The notes under the pieces: generated by a model
The model's input: the letters and a program-made list of their open reading frames with translations, nothing else
Databases searched by the model: none
What the model was told of the DNA's origin: nothing
Part shown: in pieces, positions 12,372 through 24,123 of the stretch
Layout: each line of letters opens with the position of its first letter
Numbering within the stretch: the first letter of the stretch is position 1
From: Candidatus Bathyarchaeota archaeon
Lineage (GTDB): Archaea > Thermoproteota > Bathyarchaeia > Bathyarchaeales > Bathycorpusculaceae
DNA length: 64,000 nt
NCBI GenBank assembly: GCA_963811105.1
Contig: CAWEPZ010000013.1
Coordinates: forward strand, 160,001 to 224,000
Direction: 5' to 3'
Translations under genes and position numbers: made by a program

Positions 12372-14171
12372 CTATTGCTTTTTTTCTTCAAGGGCTTTTT
12401 GGTCGAGATAGTATTTTCCGTTGATTTCCACGAACATTTTTGTTTGTTCTTTTCGTCTTTCCATGATTCTTACAAATATTCGTGACAAACCCAGTTCTTT
12501 AGCTGTCATTGCAGTTTGGGGGCTAATGGCTCCCTTCTCTTGGAATTTCTGGATAATTTGCTGGATTTTCTCATCTCTCCAGCCTTGCGGCTCTGTTGTT
12601 CCTTGTTGGCTTGGTGGAGGAGGAGGAACTGGAGCAATGGTCGGCGCAGATTGCATTGGGGCTTGAGTCTTTTGTGTTTCTATAGTTTCAACGGTAGTTG
12701 TTTTGCCTTGGTTGTCAGGTCCACTTCCACTGCTGTCTACTTCGGTTGCTTGAGAGGATGTTGGGTTCAGTTTTATGACAACTTCAGTTTTGTTTTTCAC
12801 TGAAACAGAGATCGGTGTTGAAGCAATGTATCCTGTGGCGGTGGCTTTTATTGTGTAATCGCCGTCTTTGAAGTCTTTGAAAACAGTTTGTCCCTTGTTA
12901 TTAGTGGCGCCTGATAGATCTTGTTGACCGCTGGCGAAGACAGCTGCTCTATAAATCGGCGATTGCGTTTGAGAGTTTTGCACTGTCGCTGTGAATTTGC
13001 GTTGGCGACTAAGCCATATAAGGATTATGATGATTAGCAATATGATGATGATTATGACTATGATGATCCAGATAATTGAGCCAAAATCAAATGAACCTGG
13101 GTTTGTATTTGGTGTTGCAGATGTGGTTGAGGCACCCGATATGACCGACACGGTGTTGTCTCCGCCTTCTGCGCCGCAAGTAACATATATTGCACCATTG
13201 CCTGAGTCACAGGTTATTGTCCATGGTAAGTGCCCCACAGTTATGGTTTCAACCAATTTGTTTGTGCTGTCTGATATTGCAACGACTTTGTTGTTTTGAT
13301 GAAGGGCTACGAATATTTCGCCTCGAGAGGGATCGTAAGCTACCCCTTCAACTTGCACTTCATGATTCAAGTTCGAAATTGTTGCAACAATTGCATTGGT
13401 GCTATCAGAAATAACGGAAACAACGGTATCGCTTGTACCCGTACCAGTAGGTACGAATATTTCGCCTTTTGCAGAATCGTAGGCTAAAAATGAAGGACCG
13501 CCCGGCAGACGCAATGTTGCAACTACCGCGTTGGTATTATCAGATATAACTGAGAGAGAGTAGTTCTTTGAGTCAGTTTCAAAATTGGCTACGAATATCT
13601 CGCTTTTGCCAGAATCGTAGGCGATACTAAAAGGTTCGACTCCTACGGGTATTGTTGCTATCACAGTGTTTGTGCTGTCTGAAATTACTGAGACGGTGTT
13701 GTCGTAAGAATTAGTTACAAATAATTCGCCCTTTGCGGAATCATAAACTATGTTGTAAGGGGATTGTCCTACGGGTATAGTTGCTACCACGGTGTTTGTG
13801 CTATCGGATATAACTGATACAGAGTTGCCATGCAAATTCACTACGAATATCTCGCCCTTGGCAGAGTCATAAGCTACACCATAGGGGTAAGATCCTACGG
13901 GTATAGTTTCAACCACCGTGTTAGTACTGTCGGATATAACTGAAATTGTGTTGTCTTGACCATTAGTTACGAATATCTCGCCTTTGGCAGAATCATAAGC
14001 TACGCCCATTGGAGCTTTTCCAACAGGTATCGTTGCGGTTACTCCCAGGGCATTAGCCATGTTGACTGTTGATAAAATAAAAATTGCAATGAATAATAAA
14101 ACAAGAAGTTTCCTAACTTTGAGCTTCCATAGACATTTCTCTTTCCTTCCTTCTGAATCGGGTAGTTTCAA
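12372..14171 (-). CDS. YVTN/YncE beta-propeller surface protein with TM helix, carboxypeptidase-regulatory-like domain and small C-terminal domain
   Basis: Repeats PVGxxPxGVAYDSAKGEIFVxN...VSVISDSTNTVVATI; poly-Ile TM segment; GxTNNKG...GDYTIKATATGY. Confidence 0.85.
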   Translation of the reverse strand: MKLPDSEGRKEKCLWKLKVRKLLVLLFIAIFILSTVNMANALGVTATIPVGKAPMGVAYDSAKGEIFVTNGQDNTISVISDSTNTVVETIPVGSYPYGVAYDSAKGEIFVVNLHGNSVSVISDSTNTVVATIPVGQSPYNIVYDSAKGELFVTNSYDNTVSVISDSTNTVIATIPVGVEPFSIAYDSGKSEIFVANFETDSKNYSLSVISDNTNAVVATLRLPGGPSFLAYDSAKGEIFVPTGTGTSDTVVSVISDSTNAIVATISNLNHEVQVEGVAYDPSRGEIFVALHQNNKVVAISDSTNKLVETITVGHLPWTITCDSGNGAIYVTCGAEGGDNTVSVISGASTTSATPNTNPGSFDFGSIIWIIIVIIIIILLIIIILIWLSRQRKFTATVQNSQTQSPIYRAAVFASGQQDLSGATNNKGQTVFKDFKDGDYTIKATATGYIASTPISVSVKNKTEVVIKLNPTSSQATEVDSSGSGPDNQGKTTTVETIETQKTQAPMQSAPTIAPVPPPPPSQQGTTEPQGWRDEKIQQIIQKFQEKGAISPQTAMTAKELGLSRIFVRIMERRKEQTKMFVEINGKYYLDQKALEEKKQ

Positions 14172-14669
14172 AGTGGATTTAAGGCTTTTGTTTGCTCGCT
14201 TGAGATACTCGTCAATGAGTTAATTCTGTATGAGAATATCTACAAGCCGGCAACTGCCTGCAACCTAATTATCTCAGCGACAAAACGCACGATCCTAATC
14301 GTGGGGATCTAACCTACAATCTGTTTTAGCAAGGATCCTGGTACAGATTTTAAAACAACAGACAAATAAACCGTAATTACAGTTATTTAACCATATTGAC
14401 CTCAAAAACAGCTCTAGCTGGTAAAATGGCGTCGAGGTGGATTCTAGCCCCAATTTAATAGTAAAATTGTTTTTTCAGCCATCACAAACATGCCCGTACA
14501 AACCAGCCCAGGGTTCAAATCCCGAAGGCCACAAGTTGTCTGGGACCACTTTTGCTCTCTTCTTGGAATCTAAAAGTATTGCCGACTTCTTGATGAGTCT
14601 GAGTATTGATTATGACATAAGTTTGAGAATTCACAATACTTATAGTCATTTCACTTGCCATTCTAACTC

Positions 14670-17371
14670 ATGAGCAAAAGAAATGCTCGCCGAGAAGCAA
14701 AACCTCAAGCAATTGAGACAGCTTCTCCTGTAATGATCAATTCAGCAGCGCTTGACAAAGAGAATCCCCTGCATATTTTACACGTTGATGATGATGCGAG
14801 TCATCTTGAAATCACGAAACAAATACTCTCAGATGAGAACAATTTTGAGATTGAAAGTGCCACATCTGTTGATGAAGCCTTCAAAAAAATGGAGAAGCAA
14901 ACTTTTGATGCGGTTGTTTCCGACTACGAAATGCCTATTAAAAATGGCTTGGAATTTCTAAAAGAACTCCGAACGCAAAAAATGGACATTCCTTTTATTT
15001 TGTTTACAGGAAAAGGCAGGGAAGACGTTGCAGTTAAAGCTTTGAATTTAGGCGCTGACAACTACATTAACAAAAACGGTTCTCCAGAAACAGTCTACTG
15101 CGAATTGGCAGATGCCATAAACAAGACTGTGGAACGCAAGAAATCAATAAAACTGCTTGCTAACTCAGAGGCAAAATATCGTACACTAGTTGAGAATTCA
15201 CTTCAAGGAATATCAATTCTGCAAGCAACTCCGCTCAGGCTGATTTTTGCCAACGAAGCTATGGGAAAACTTTTGGGCTATTCTTCTCAAGAGTTAATGT
15301 CGCTTTCGCAAGAAGGAATTATAGGTTTGGTTTATCATGAGGACAGAGCCGTTTTCTTTGGACGAATGGAAAACCGTTTGCGGGGTGAACCAGCGGGAGC
15401 GCCCTACGAGTTTCGTGGAGTACGAAAGGACGGCTCGATAATATGGATGAGTGCACTCGCTAATCGAGTTGATTATGAAGGGCAACCTGCAGTCCAGGGC
15501 ATGTTCTTAGATATTAACGAACGCAAAAAAGCCGAAGACTCTTTGAAAGAAAGTGAAGAAAAATTCAGGACTCTATCCGAAGAATTGCCGAATATGATCT
15601 TCATAAACAAGCGAGGTAAAGTAGTTTATGCCAACAAGAAATGCGAAGAAATTACTGGATACACAAAAGAAGAGCTGTATTCTCCCAACTTCAACTTCCT
15701 TTCTCTGTGCGCACCGGAATATGTTGACGTAATGAGGTCGTCTTATACTAGACATATGAAAAACGAATCTGTTCCTTCGTACGAGTTCTCGCTCGTCACC
15801 CGAGATAATAAGAGAGTTGAGGCAATAATCACCACAAATTGATGGATTACGAGGGAGAAAAGGCTATCCTTGGAATAGTAACTGACATTACTGAACGCAA
15901 AAAAAATGAGGCGACCCTACGAGAGAGCGAAGAGCAGTTCAGGCAGTTATTTTCTAGTATGCCCAGTGGAGTAGCCATTTACGAGGCGATTGATAATGGA
16001 GAAGATTTTGTGTTCAGGGATTTCAACACTGCGGCAGAGGAGATTGAGAAAAAAAGCAAAGATAATGTTCTTGGCAAACGCGTGACCCAAGTGTTTGCAG
16101 GCGTCAAGAGCTGTGGCATTTTTGATGTTTTTCAGCGCGTTTGGCGAACTGGCCACCCAGAATACTATCCAGTTGCACTCTACAAAGACGACAATAAGCC
16201 GGGTACCTGGCGCGAGAATTGGGTTTACAAACTGCCAAACGGAAATATCATAGCAATATACAACGACATTACCGATCGCAAGAAAGCCGAGGAAAATGTT
16301 AGAAAAAGTGAGGAGCGGTACCGAGAGCTTGCAAACTCTGTGCCGGAGATGGTTTTTGAATGTGACTTGACTGGAAAGATTACCTACATTAGCCAACGTG
16401 CTATCGATTTCACAGGCTTCACCAATGAGGAGCTTTTTGGAAAGAACATGTTGGATTTCCTCGTTCCAGAAGATCGAAAAAGAGCCATAGAGAATATGAA
16501 GAGATCTTTTGCTGGCGAAAATCTAGGCAGCACTGAGTATTCACTTTTCAGGAAAGATGGCACATTCTATCCTACGTTGGTACGCACCTCTCGAATAATT
16601 TCTCAAAACAAAGTAGTGGGTCTTAGAGGACTGGTCATTGAAATAACTGAGCGCAAGAAAGCCGAAAAAGCCTTGCAAGAAAGCCAGATCCACTACCAAC
16701 TATTGGCCGAACGTGAACATGTGACTAACGAAAAGTTGAATGTAATTAGCAAGTTGACAAGGCATGACGTCCGAAACAAATTATCATCGGTCAAAGCAAA
16801 CGTTTACTTGCTTAGAAAGCGGGGTGGTGCTAATTCTGAAATAGCCAATTACATCGCCGCAATCGAACAGTCGGTAGAGCAGACAGAATCTCTCTTAGAA
16901 TTTAGCCGGATCTACGAACAAATAGGTACTGAGCAACTAAAGACTGTGGATGTAGAGGAGTGTTTTAATGAAGCTACGTCTTTCTTTCCAGACCTGAAAA
17001 ACGTGAAGGTTACAAACGATTGCCATGGGTTAAATGTGTTGGCTGACTCGTTGTTGAGGCAGCTCTTATACAATTTTATTGACAATTCAATGAAACATGG
17101 AGAAAAAATTTCTCAAATACGAGTCTACTATAGGAAAGAAGGCAACGAAGCTAAGTTGGTCTATGAGGATGACGGAGTAGGCATATCATCTGCTAACAAG
17201 TCCAGGACTTTTAGTGAAGGTTTTACAACAGGTAAGGGTACCGGCCATGGTCTATACCTTGTAAAGAGGATGATGGAAGTATATGGTTGGAAGATAGAAG
17301 AAGCTGGCGAGGAAGGAAAAGGAGTAAAATTTGTTATAACAATTCCTGAGACAAAGTTAGCTAAACCCTAA
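14670..17371 (+). CDS. Hybrid receiver-PAS(x4)-histidine kinase (frameshift near 15840)
   Basis: ILHVDDD, SDYEMP, FTGKGRE receiver motifs; DITERKKAE PAS ends; RHDVRN H-box; N-box, DDGVG, GTGHGLY. Confidence 0.9.
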
Positions 17372-17519
17372 GCAACCATTTTCCATAGAGTCAAAAGGAA
17401 AACAGAAGACTTGCCAGCCAGAACCTTCGTAAACATTCAAAAAAACAGCATCGAGGAAATTAAGTATTGAGTCACTCAAAAAGTAATCGAAGTTCAAGCG
17501 GTCTTATCGGTCGATAGCA

Positions 17520-17590
17520 CACAAGTGCCTGCTTCCGCCTTGCCTGTATGGCCCGGTGTGAAATAGTAGGCGTCTCCGGCTTCAAGAGTT
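17520..17590 (-). pseudogene. Cupin-domain fragment
   Basis: Minus strand reads TLEAGDAYYFTPGHTGKAEAGT. Confidence 0.45.
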
Positions 17591-17621
17591 AACGCATAAT
17601 GGCTAGTTTAGTAAGCCCATG

Positions 17622-18929
17622 TTAAAGGCTCGTCTGCTTATTCCCCATTCTATGTACCCATTCGAAACTGACTCTTAACACATTCAGGAAAGGCTCTATT
17701 GTTAGAACTTCAGGGCTATCTCGTTTCTGATGATAGAAAGCCACCAATTGCTGCGGTATTTTAAAGGGAAGTAGCGTCGTAGCCTCAATACCTGCTCGAC
17801 TAAACGGGGCGGCGTCGGTCCCTACACCAGATAATGCCGGCTTGATTCTATAGGGAACTCCAGCCGACTTGGCCGCTTCAGCAACACTTTTCACCAAATC
17901 TTGGGAATTCTTTACTGTGCCGTTTATGTCAGAAGAGAGAATAACAATTTCCGGATGAGCAACTGTTTCAAAGTTAAGCACTTGGGCGTGAAGTCGTTTT
18001 AGCTCTTCTTTATGTTGTTTTACATACCGCCGGGATCCTCGAAGCCCTGCTTCTTCACTTCCGAATGATATGAAACGGATTTCCGTGTGGTCGGGAACGT
18101 ACTTGGGGTTTTCAACTAGGAACCGACATAATGCGACCGTGATTGCAGCCGCCGAGAGATTATCTGCCGCGCCTGGCACGTTGCCGCCGTTCTTTCTCCC
18201 GCCAGTAAAGAAAAGCCCAAAGATAATGGAGGGAACTACTGGGTAGATCATGGCCAAAGTCAAAGCATCCGTATGAAGAAAGACTAAATTGGCAATAACC
18301 AAACCGATCAACTGAATAACATTTATTGCTAGCATGGCGAAGAAGCCTATTGTAATAGTCAAGACTACGGCTAAGAATCCGTAGCCAAAAAGGCGAAGCC
18401 AAGTAAATTCTAGTGCACTATCATGGTGACCACTAAAAATAAGCAGTCGCTCCACCTTTGCTGATTTGCGTAAACTCCCAATTACGTTCACCGACTTCTT
18501 CTTTTTAAAAAATAAGTCTATAAATTCAAAATCGAAAAAGAACTCAACAACAAATACTAAAACGGCGGCTATGGAAAACGCAAAAGCGGCAATAGCTACC
18601 GCCCAAGGAGAAATTGTTCTGAAAATTTCTAACGAAACGCTCAGTAGGGCGGCAATCAGTGTGAGGACAGCGCATATGGGATAAGAACCTACGAATGGAT
18701 ATGGTGCAAATGTGAATTCCTCAACTGAAACATTATTGGCTCCCAAGTGTGACGCTAGTTCTTCCTTGATGATAGCAGCTCTTTCCCGCTCTTGAGGGCT
18801 ACCTGGCAAACCAGGGCCAACCTGCGTGCAAATCTTTCTGACTAAATCCAGAGCGTATTGGGCATCATTCTCATTAGGTCTAGCTTCTTGGTTAGTAGAT
18901 GGCTTAGCCTGCTTCATGTGGCTATCCAA
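17622..18929 (-). CDS. Membrane-associated M28 family peptidase
   Basis: GHHDSA, GAADNLSA, GSEEAGLRGS, GTDAAPF, YHQKRD; internal TM segments. Confidence 0.88.
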   Translation of the reverse strand: MDSHMKQAKPSTNQEARPNENDAQYALDLVRKICTQVGPGLPGSPQERERAAIIKEELASHLGANNVSVEEFTFAPYPFVGSYPICAVLTLIAALLSVSLEIFRTISPWAVAIAAFAFSIAAVLVFVVEFFFDFEFIDLFFKKKKSVNVIGSLRKSAKVERLLIFSGHHDSALEFTWLRLFGYGFLAVVLTITIGFFAMLAINVIQLIGLVIANLVFLHTDALTLAMIYPVVPSIIFGLFFTGGRKNGGNVPGAADNLSAAAITVALCRFLVENPKYVPDHTEIRFISFGSEEAGLRGSRRYVKQHKEELKRLHAQVLNFETVAHPEIVILSSDINGTVKNSQDLVKSVAEAAKSAGVPYRIKPALSGVGTDAAPFSRAGIEATTLLPFKIPQQLVAFYHQKRDSPEVLTIEPFLNVLRVSFEWVHRMGNKQTSL

Positions 18930-18936
18930 GTTCTCT

Positions 18937-20397
18937 CTACCTGCTTACGTGTACAGGCGGAATTCGATCATGCCAAGGGATTTTCTGTTCGAGTGCACTT
19001 GCAAGACGAATCAGTCCGCCTTCGTCTCCAAACCTCGCCATAAACTGGACTCCTATGGGTAGACCTGATTTACTTTGACCGAGAGGCAAAGATATTGCTG
19101 GTTGTCCTGTAATGTTTGCCGCTGGCGGATGAATACGGATTTCATCGTTGAGACGCATGTAACCTACGTAGTCGATGTCTTTACGCATTTTCGTGTATGT
19201 CCCAATCGGCTGTGGCAGTTTGACTAGCGTTGGCGTTAGCAACATATCGTACTGTTTAAAAAAGTCGCCAAAAGTTCGCGCAAATTTATTTAGCCAGAAT
19301 TCAGTCATTATCATGTCGGCTCCTGTGAGTCCCTTGGAGTAATTATAGAAAGATAGCATAACAGGCTCCAAGGTCTCTTCGCTGATTGGCCTTTTCGTCA
19401 TGGCGGCAAACATATCAAACCCTGCATATAATCCAAAGGACCAAGCAATGCATGTGAAATGCAGGTACTCTTCATAATCAAAAACTGGACTATCCTCAAC
19501 TAACTCATGACCGGCGCTTCTCAGTTCTGAGACCACTTGCTCCATACAGTGGACAATTTCTGGATCAACTTTGGCGCCAGGCTGCCAAGAGTCAGTGGTC
19601 CACGCTATTCGCAGGCGACCGGTTGACACGTTGACTTCTTGGGCGTAGGGCCGTGTTGGTTGAGTTATGATATATGGGTCTCCTGGTACAGGTGCCGATA
19701 CTTGGTCTAGCATCAAAGCGGTGTCACGGACCGTTTTACTCAAGAGGAACTCCACTAACATTCCAGGCCACATGTCTCCCATGTCTGGTGCAAGGGATAC
19801 TCGTCCGCGCGAGGGTTTAAGTCCCACTATCCCGCAAGCGCTTGCTGGAATGCGGATTGAGCCGCCGTTATCACTGCCATGTGCCATCGGCACTATACCA
19901 GCTGCTATGCTAGCAGCAGAGCCACCGCTAGAACCACCAGCCATTTTGTTAAGATCCCACGGGTTACGAGTAGCCCCTGTCAGCTCAGATTCTGCCGAGG
20001 GCCCTAATCCGAATTCAGGTGTTGTAGTTCGACCCATCAGGTTTAAACCAGACTTCTTGAAAAGCTCTGTCAGCAACGAGTCTTTTTCTGAGACAAATCC
20101 CTTCATTAGTCTAGAACCGCTCTCTTGACGGCGGCCTGCTTGTTGAGCGCCGACATCCTTCATCAAGAATGGCACGCCAGCAAATGGACCAGTAAACACT
20201 TGATCGCCAGCTTCTTTGACTCGGTCAGAAAACACCTCAATTATGGCGTGGATACGAGGGTTGACTTTTTCAACGGCTTCAACAAAAAGTTCAACGAGTT
20301 CTTTTGGTGATATTTCGCTTTGCCTAACCAGGCTGGCTAAAGCTATGCCATCGTATTTTGAATATTCAGTTAAGTTCATCCGGTCCTTCTCCTTCAT
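18937..20397 (-). CDS. Amidase signature family enzyme
   Basis: GVPFLMKD, GGSSGGSAA, GSDNGGSIRIPA, GLKPSRGR. Confidence 0.92.
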   Translation of the reverse strand: MKEKDRMNLTEYSKYDGIALASLVRQSEISPKELVELFVEAVEKVNPRIHAIIEVFSDRVKEAGDQVFTGPFAGVPFLMKDVGAQQAGRRQESGSRLMKGFVSEKDSLLTELFKKSGLNLMGRTTTPEFGLGPSAESELTGATRNPWDLNKMAGGSSGGSAASIAAGIVPMAHGSDNGGSIRIPASACGIVGLKPSRGRVSLAPDMGDMWPGMLVEFLLSKTVRDTALMLDQVSAPVPGDPYIITQPTRPYAQEVNVSTGRLRIAWTTDSWQPGAKVDPEIVHCMEQVVSELRSAGHELVEDSPVFDYEEYLHFTCIAWSFGLYAGFDMFAAMTKRPISEETLEPVMLSFYNYSKGLTGADMIMTEFWLNKFARTFGDFFKQYDMLLTPTLVKLPQPIGTYTKMRKDIDYVGYMRLNDEIRIHPPAANITGQPAISLPLGQSKSGLPIGVQFMARFGDEGGLIRLASALEQKIPWHDRIPPVHVSR

Positions 20398-21601
20398 CCT
20401 GAGTAAGGAATGGGTCTTTTTCGCCTATCGAGTGATACATTGCCAAACGGAGTGCATTTTGTCTTGGGTCTGACAGGTAGACATCGTTTCTGTTTAGGAT
20501 GTATGCAAATCCGATTTTGCCGTGAGGATCGGCAAAGGCAAGGTATCCACCAAATCCTAGCATACCAAAGGAGCTTGGGTGACCGTAGGGTACTTGTTGG
20601 CTAGGCTTCATAAAACCTAGGGATAATTGCATTCCATCTAATTTCATAACTTCATCGTAGAACCCACAGGTCGGAGGACGAGCAGGTGCCATTAGTTGAT
20701 TTAGAGTTTCCCTACATAATCCAAGTTCCTCTCCACCGTTGGCGAATACACTATATGCCTTTGCCATTGCTCTAGCAGTTCCAATACCTCCTCCAGAAGG
20801 AACTTCAACATTTCGAGGGTAGACAAGTTTTTTGTCCGAGGGCATGTCTCCCCACAGTGCTCGGCGAATGCGTGAATGGGGATTTGCGACCGCAAGCATT
20901 AATGGAATGGGGGCTTTGAATGCTCCAGGTATTGGATTAGCCATGTAGTTTATTGCGAGTCTAGAGTTGGGAATGTCTTCTGGTAGCCCTATGTAAAATT
21001 CCAGATTTAGTGGAACAGCGATTTCCTCATGGAAGAATTGTCCCAAGCTCCTGTGCTTTGAGTCAACTCGCCGAAGCAGCTCACTCTCATAGAAACCCAG
21101 GGTAATCGCATGGTAAGCCTGCCGTGTTCCTGGTTCCCAAGCAGGTTTCTGCCGAGCCAATATGACCGCTAGTTTGTCCAGATCAGCCTCTATCTTTGTA
21201 TCCACACGTTTATCTAACGCAAAGAGCCCTGCCTGGTGCCCTAGCAACTGCCGAATACTGATTTTATCCTTGCCTTGTTGAGCAAACTCTGGCCAATACT
21301 TTGAGACGCAGTCATCATAATCAAACAACCCGCGGGAGTGAGCGAGAGCCATAGTTAGGCCGGCGATTCCCTTAGTAGCGGAGGCGACAAGAGCCATCGT
21401 ATCCTCTTCCCACGGCTCATTTGACTTGTTACGGACGCCGCCCCAAAGGTCAACTACTTTTTCCCCTTGGTAGTAGACACAACAGGCCGCTCCAAGTTCA
21501 TGGCGGCGCTCAAAGTTCTCGACGAACGCTTCGCGCACAGCCTCAAACTCTGGCTTCACAAAACCCGATATTACGCCGTTTTCACCCATATTCTGAGTCA
21601 C
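20366..21601 (-). CDS. Beta-lactamase-fold serine hydrolase (class C/EstB-like)
   Basis: SATK (SxxK), LLGHQAG, WEPGT..AYHAIT. Confidence 0.9.
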   Translation of the reverse strand: MTQNMGENGVISGFVKPEFEAVREAFVENFERRHELGAACCVYYQGEKVVDLWGGVRNKSNEPWEEDTMALVASATKGIAGLTMALAHSRGLFDYDDCVSKYWPEFAQQGKDKISIRQLLGHQAGLFALDKRVDTKIEADLDKLAVILARQKPAWEPGTRQAYHAITLGFYESELLRRVDSKHRSLGQFFHEEIAVPLNLEFYIGLPEDIPNSRLAINYMANPIPGAFKAPIPLMLAVANPHSRIRRALWGDMPSDKKLVYPRNVEVPSGGGIGTARAMAKAYSVFANGGEELGLCRETLNQLMAPARPPTCGFYDEVMKLDGMQLSLGFMKPSQQVPYGHPSSFGMLGFGGYLAFADPHGKIGFAYILNRNDVYLSDPRQNALRLAMYHSIGEKDPFLTQDEGEGPDELN

Positions 21602-22073
21602 TTAGGACCTTATTTCTATAGATTATTTTGCTTTATAAAAATAGCGAGGCGTAAAAAGCGGCGGTATTAATCGGACCCGACTTACATGTAAATTGGGTAT
21701 GAGCCGAGTCATTTAGGGGCAAAAGACAGCTTCTTCAGGTTTTTTCAAGTACTTGCTGCATCATTTACGCCTATTTAATTCAAAAAGCTTTGCTAACTAC
21801 AATTGGTGCTATCGCTGAGTTGCGCCAGAAATCAAGTTCAAAGCCAATTTCTATTACTTTCGGGGCTAAATCGGACCGCCGGACTTGCTGCCAAACAGTT
21901 TGAGCCCTTTGTTGCAAGAACGGTGTTGATGGGGATTCTACCCCCAATTTGCTATGAAAATCGTTGGGTTAACCCGAGAAACTTTCATGCCACTTCTATT
22001 GAAGCTCGCTTCATCAGCTTTACCAGTTAAAAGATGATGAGGCGCGCTTCCTTGCCCCTCCTGAATCTGCCGT

Positions 22074-22250
22074 GCAGCTGAAAAGATTGCTAATAAGCTT
22101 AAAGAGAAGAATATGAACAAGCTGTTGCCTGTTCTGAAAGCTCTTGTATCGGCGGGTTTGAAGGGACAACTAGTGGAATGCGAAATCGATCGGACAAAAG
22201 AATATGCAACGGAACTCGCTGCTAAATTGAAGGAGTTGCCTCAATCTTGA
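22074..22250 (+). pseudogene. Flavodoxin C-terminal remnant
   Basis: AAEKIANKLKEK...GLKGQLVECEIDRTKEYATELA; no N-terminal half. Confidence 0.5.
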
Positions 22251-22474
22251 ATGCAATAAAACCTTGTTATGAAAAAAAAGCATCAGAGTATTTGTATGAG
22301 AAAACTTGGAAAATTGTGTTGGTTGTTCTCGTCGCCATTTGAGTGATTCCTTTCTATGTTGTGTGATTTCAGAATCTGTTTACTCGTTCCTGACTACTTT
22401 CTTTTATGAGGGGTAATTTTTCTTTTCTACTTCTTTTTTTCTTAGCACAATTGAAGGCTATTTAGGTTGATAGT

Positions 22475-22834
22475 TTATTTGAATTTGTTGGCGAAAATGA
22501 TTCTAAACATGTAAATTGCTGCTATGATATTGATGATTAAGCTTGCTCCGTTGAGCAAATAGACTGAATAATATATTACGTTAAAGGTGTTGAAGGCGAG
22601 GGCATAGATGAGTGTTGAAGTGGCTATTGCTGCTCCTATTTTTCTCATCGATATTAAACCTGTGATCGATAATACCCATAGAACTAGCATTATTGAATTA
22701 TTCAAATCCGCGGCATCGTTAAAGATTGTTAATTCCAATGCATAGAAAATTGCATTGAAAATCATCCACGCTAAAACCGCATATATTCCTAGCGGTCTCT
22801 TGTTTTCTGCTATCTTATTCATGTTTTCTTTCAC
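22475..22834 (-). CDS. Small 4-TM membrane protein
   Basis: KRPLGI followed by hydrophobic helices; GGAGG just upstream. Confidence 0.7.
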   Translation of the reverse strand: MKENMNKIAENKRPLGIYAVLAWMIFNAIFYALELTIFNDAADLNNSIMLVLWVLSITGLISMRKIGAAIATSTLIYALAFNTFNVIYYSVYLLNGASLIINIIAAIYMFRIIFANKFK

Positions 22835-22940
22835 CTCCTCAAAGCATCGGTTCGTTTGAAACTACAAATAACGATGTGATAAGTAAACTCTGAAGACAGA
22901 GTTAAGAAAAGGGAATATTTTTAGCGAAGCATTATAAAGA

Positions 22941-23228
22941 CTATTTTGTTTTTATTGCCATTTGCTCAATCTTTGCTTCTTCCATTTGTAGATTCTCATT
23001 TAAACGACGGACGCCGAAATTGTAATGCATGGTGAGTCCAAATCCCCAGCCGATTAGTGGGAAGATGAACCAAGGAAACCCAGGAACTAGCAACAAGTTT
23101 ACAGTGATTAGTATTGAATTGACGATTATGTATGCGGCAAGGTTTGCCATGAATCCTTTCTTTGCTTCTTTTGACCTCATTTCTCGATTAGTCTGTTGGT
23201 ATTGAGCTAGAGTTATTTCTTTGTTCAA
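22941..23228 (-). CDS. 2TM-domain protein
   Basis: GFxxNLAAYIIVN...WFIFPLIGWGFGLTMH. Confidence 0.85.
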   Translation of the reverse strand: MNKEITLAQYQQTNREMRSKEAKKGFMANLAAYIIVNSILITVNLLLVPGFPWFIFPLIGWGFGLTMHYNFGVRRLNENLQMEEAKIEQMAIKTK

Positions 23229-23256
23229 TTTACCTCACCTCCTGTTTTTTAAAGAA

Positions 23257-24123
23257 TCAAGTATAGTAAACTGGAGATCCCCGCTTCTTCTTAGGGGCAC
23301 CAATGATCTTGGCAAGCCATTTCATCCTAAACGTTTGGCTTCTTGCCTCATTAGGGCAAATTCTCCAGCAATTCCCACAGCCAATACAATACTTCTCCAA
23401 AGAGTTGACACTCATGAGAGTTTCATTGTCTATACAGCCCATTGGACAAGCATTAACACAGGCTTGACATTTTGTACACTTGTCGGATTCTGCCGCTGAT
23501 GTACCCAATAAATTCAAAACCCTTTTTTCTTTGGTGAATTTCAGTTTAAAAGGTATTTTGGCGGATTGTATTGATTCGAGAGATGAGATGTCTGAACCAC
23601 TCAGTCCTTTTTGGCGAACAGCCAAGCCAAATTCTTTAGCAACAGCCAAATCCCTTTCATCAGGGCGACCAATCGTGCTCTTTGCGTCCATTCCGTGATA
23701 CTCTTTAAAGAAATGCTCGCCAATAAATTCTCCCGCACCAATAACTTTGAAACCTTTTTCTGAGATTAAGTTTACAAGTTGCTTTAGCGCTATGCCTACT
23801 TCCACATCTCCATATACTGATACGGCAACAGCCGATGTCTTGTTTGTGAGACCGCCCAGAGCATCAGACAATCTTTTGTTTGCTATCAAGGGCAACCGTG
23901 AGGCATAAACAGGAGAACCCACAACCCACAAATCCACATCGTCAAAGACTTTATTATCATAATTATTTGGTATAGTCAAATCCATGCGAATTGGTGATGC
24001 TGAACTGATTGATGCAGCAATTTTTTCAATAATTTTTCGAGTGGTTCCTGTTGGCGAAAAATACATAAGCCCAACAGTTAAATCTGCTGGGGATTGGCTC
24101 TTATCGTTTTTTGTCATGGACAT
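23257..24123 (-). CDS. Flavodoxin-fold plus 2x[4Fe-4S] ferredoxin (EFR1-like)
   Basis: YFSPTGTT; CTKCQACVNACP and CIGCGNCWRICP. Confidence 0.88.
   Translation of the reverse strand: MSMTKNDKSQSPADLTVGLMYFSPTGTTRKIIEKIAASISSASPIRMDLTIPNNYDNKVFDDVDLWVVGSPVYASRLPLIANKRLSDALGGLTNKTSAVAVSVYGDVEVGIALKQLVNLISEKGFKVIGAGEFIGEHFFKEYHGMDAKSTIGRPDERDLAVAKEFGLAVRQKGLSGSDISSLESIQSAKIPFKLKFTKEKRVLNLLGTSAAESDKCTKCQACVNACPMGCIDNETLMSVNSLEKYCIGCGNCWRICPNEARSQTFRMKWLAKIIGAPKKKRGSPVYYT

Noticed and set aside
14505-14535. Possible tRNA at GGGTTCAAATCCCG
   Set aside because: Only a T-arm-like 14-mer with no anticodon arm; at most an att scar
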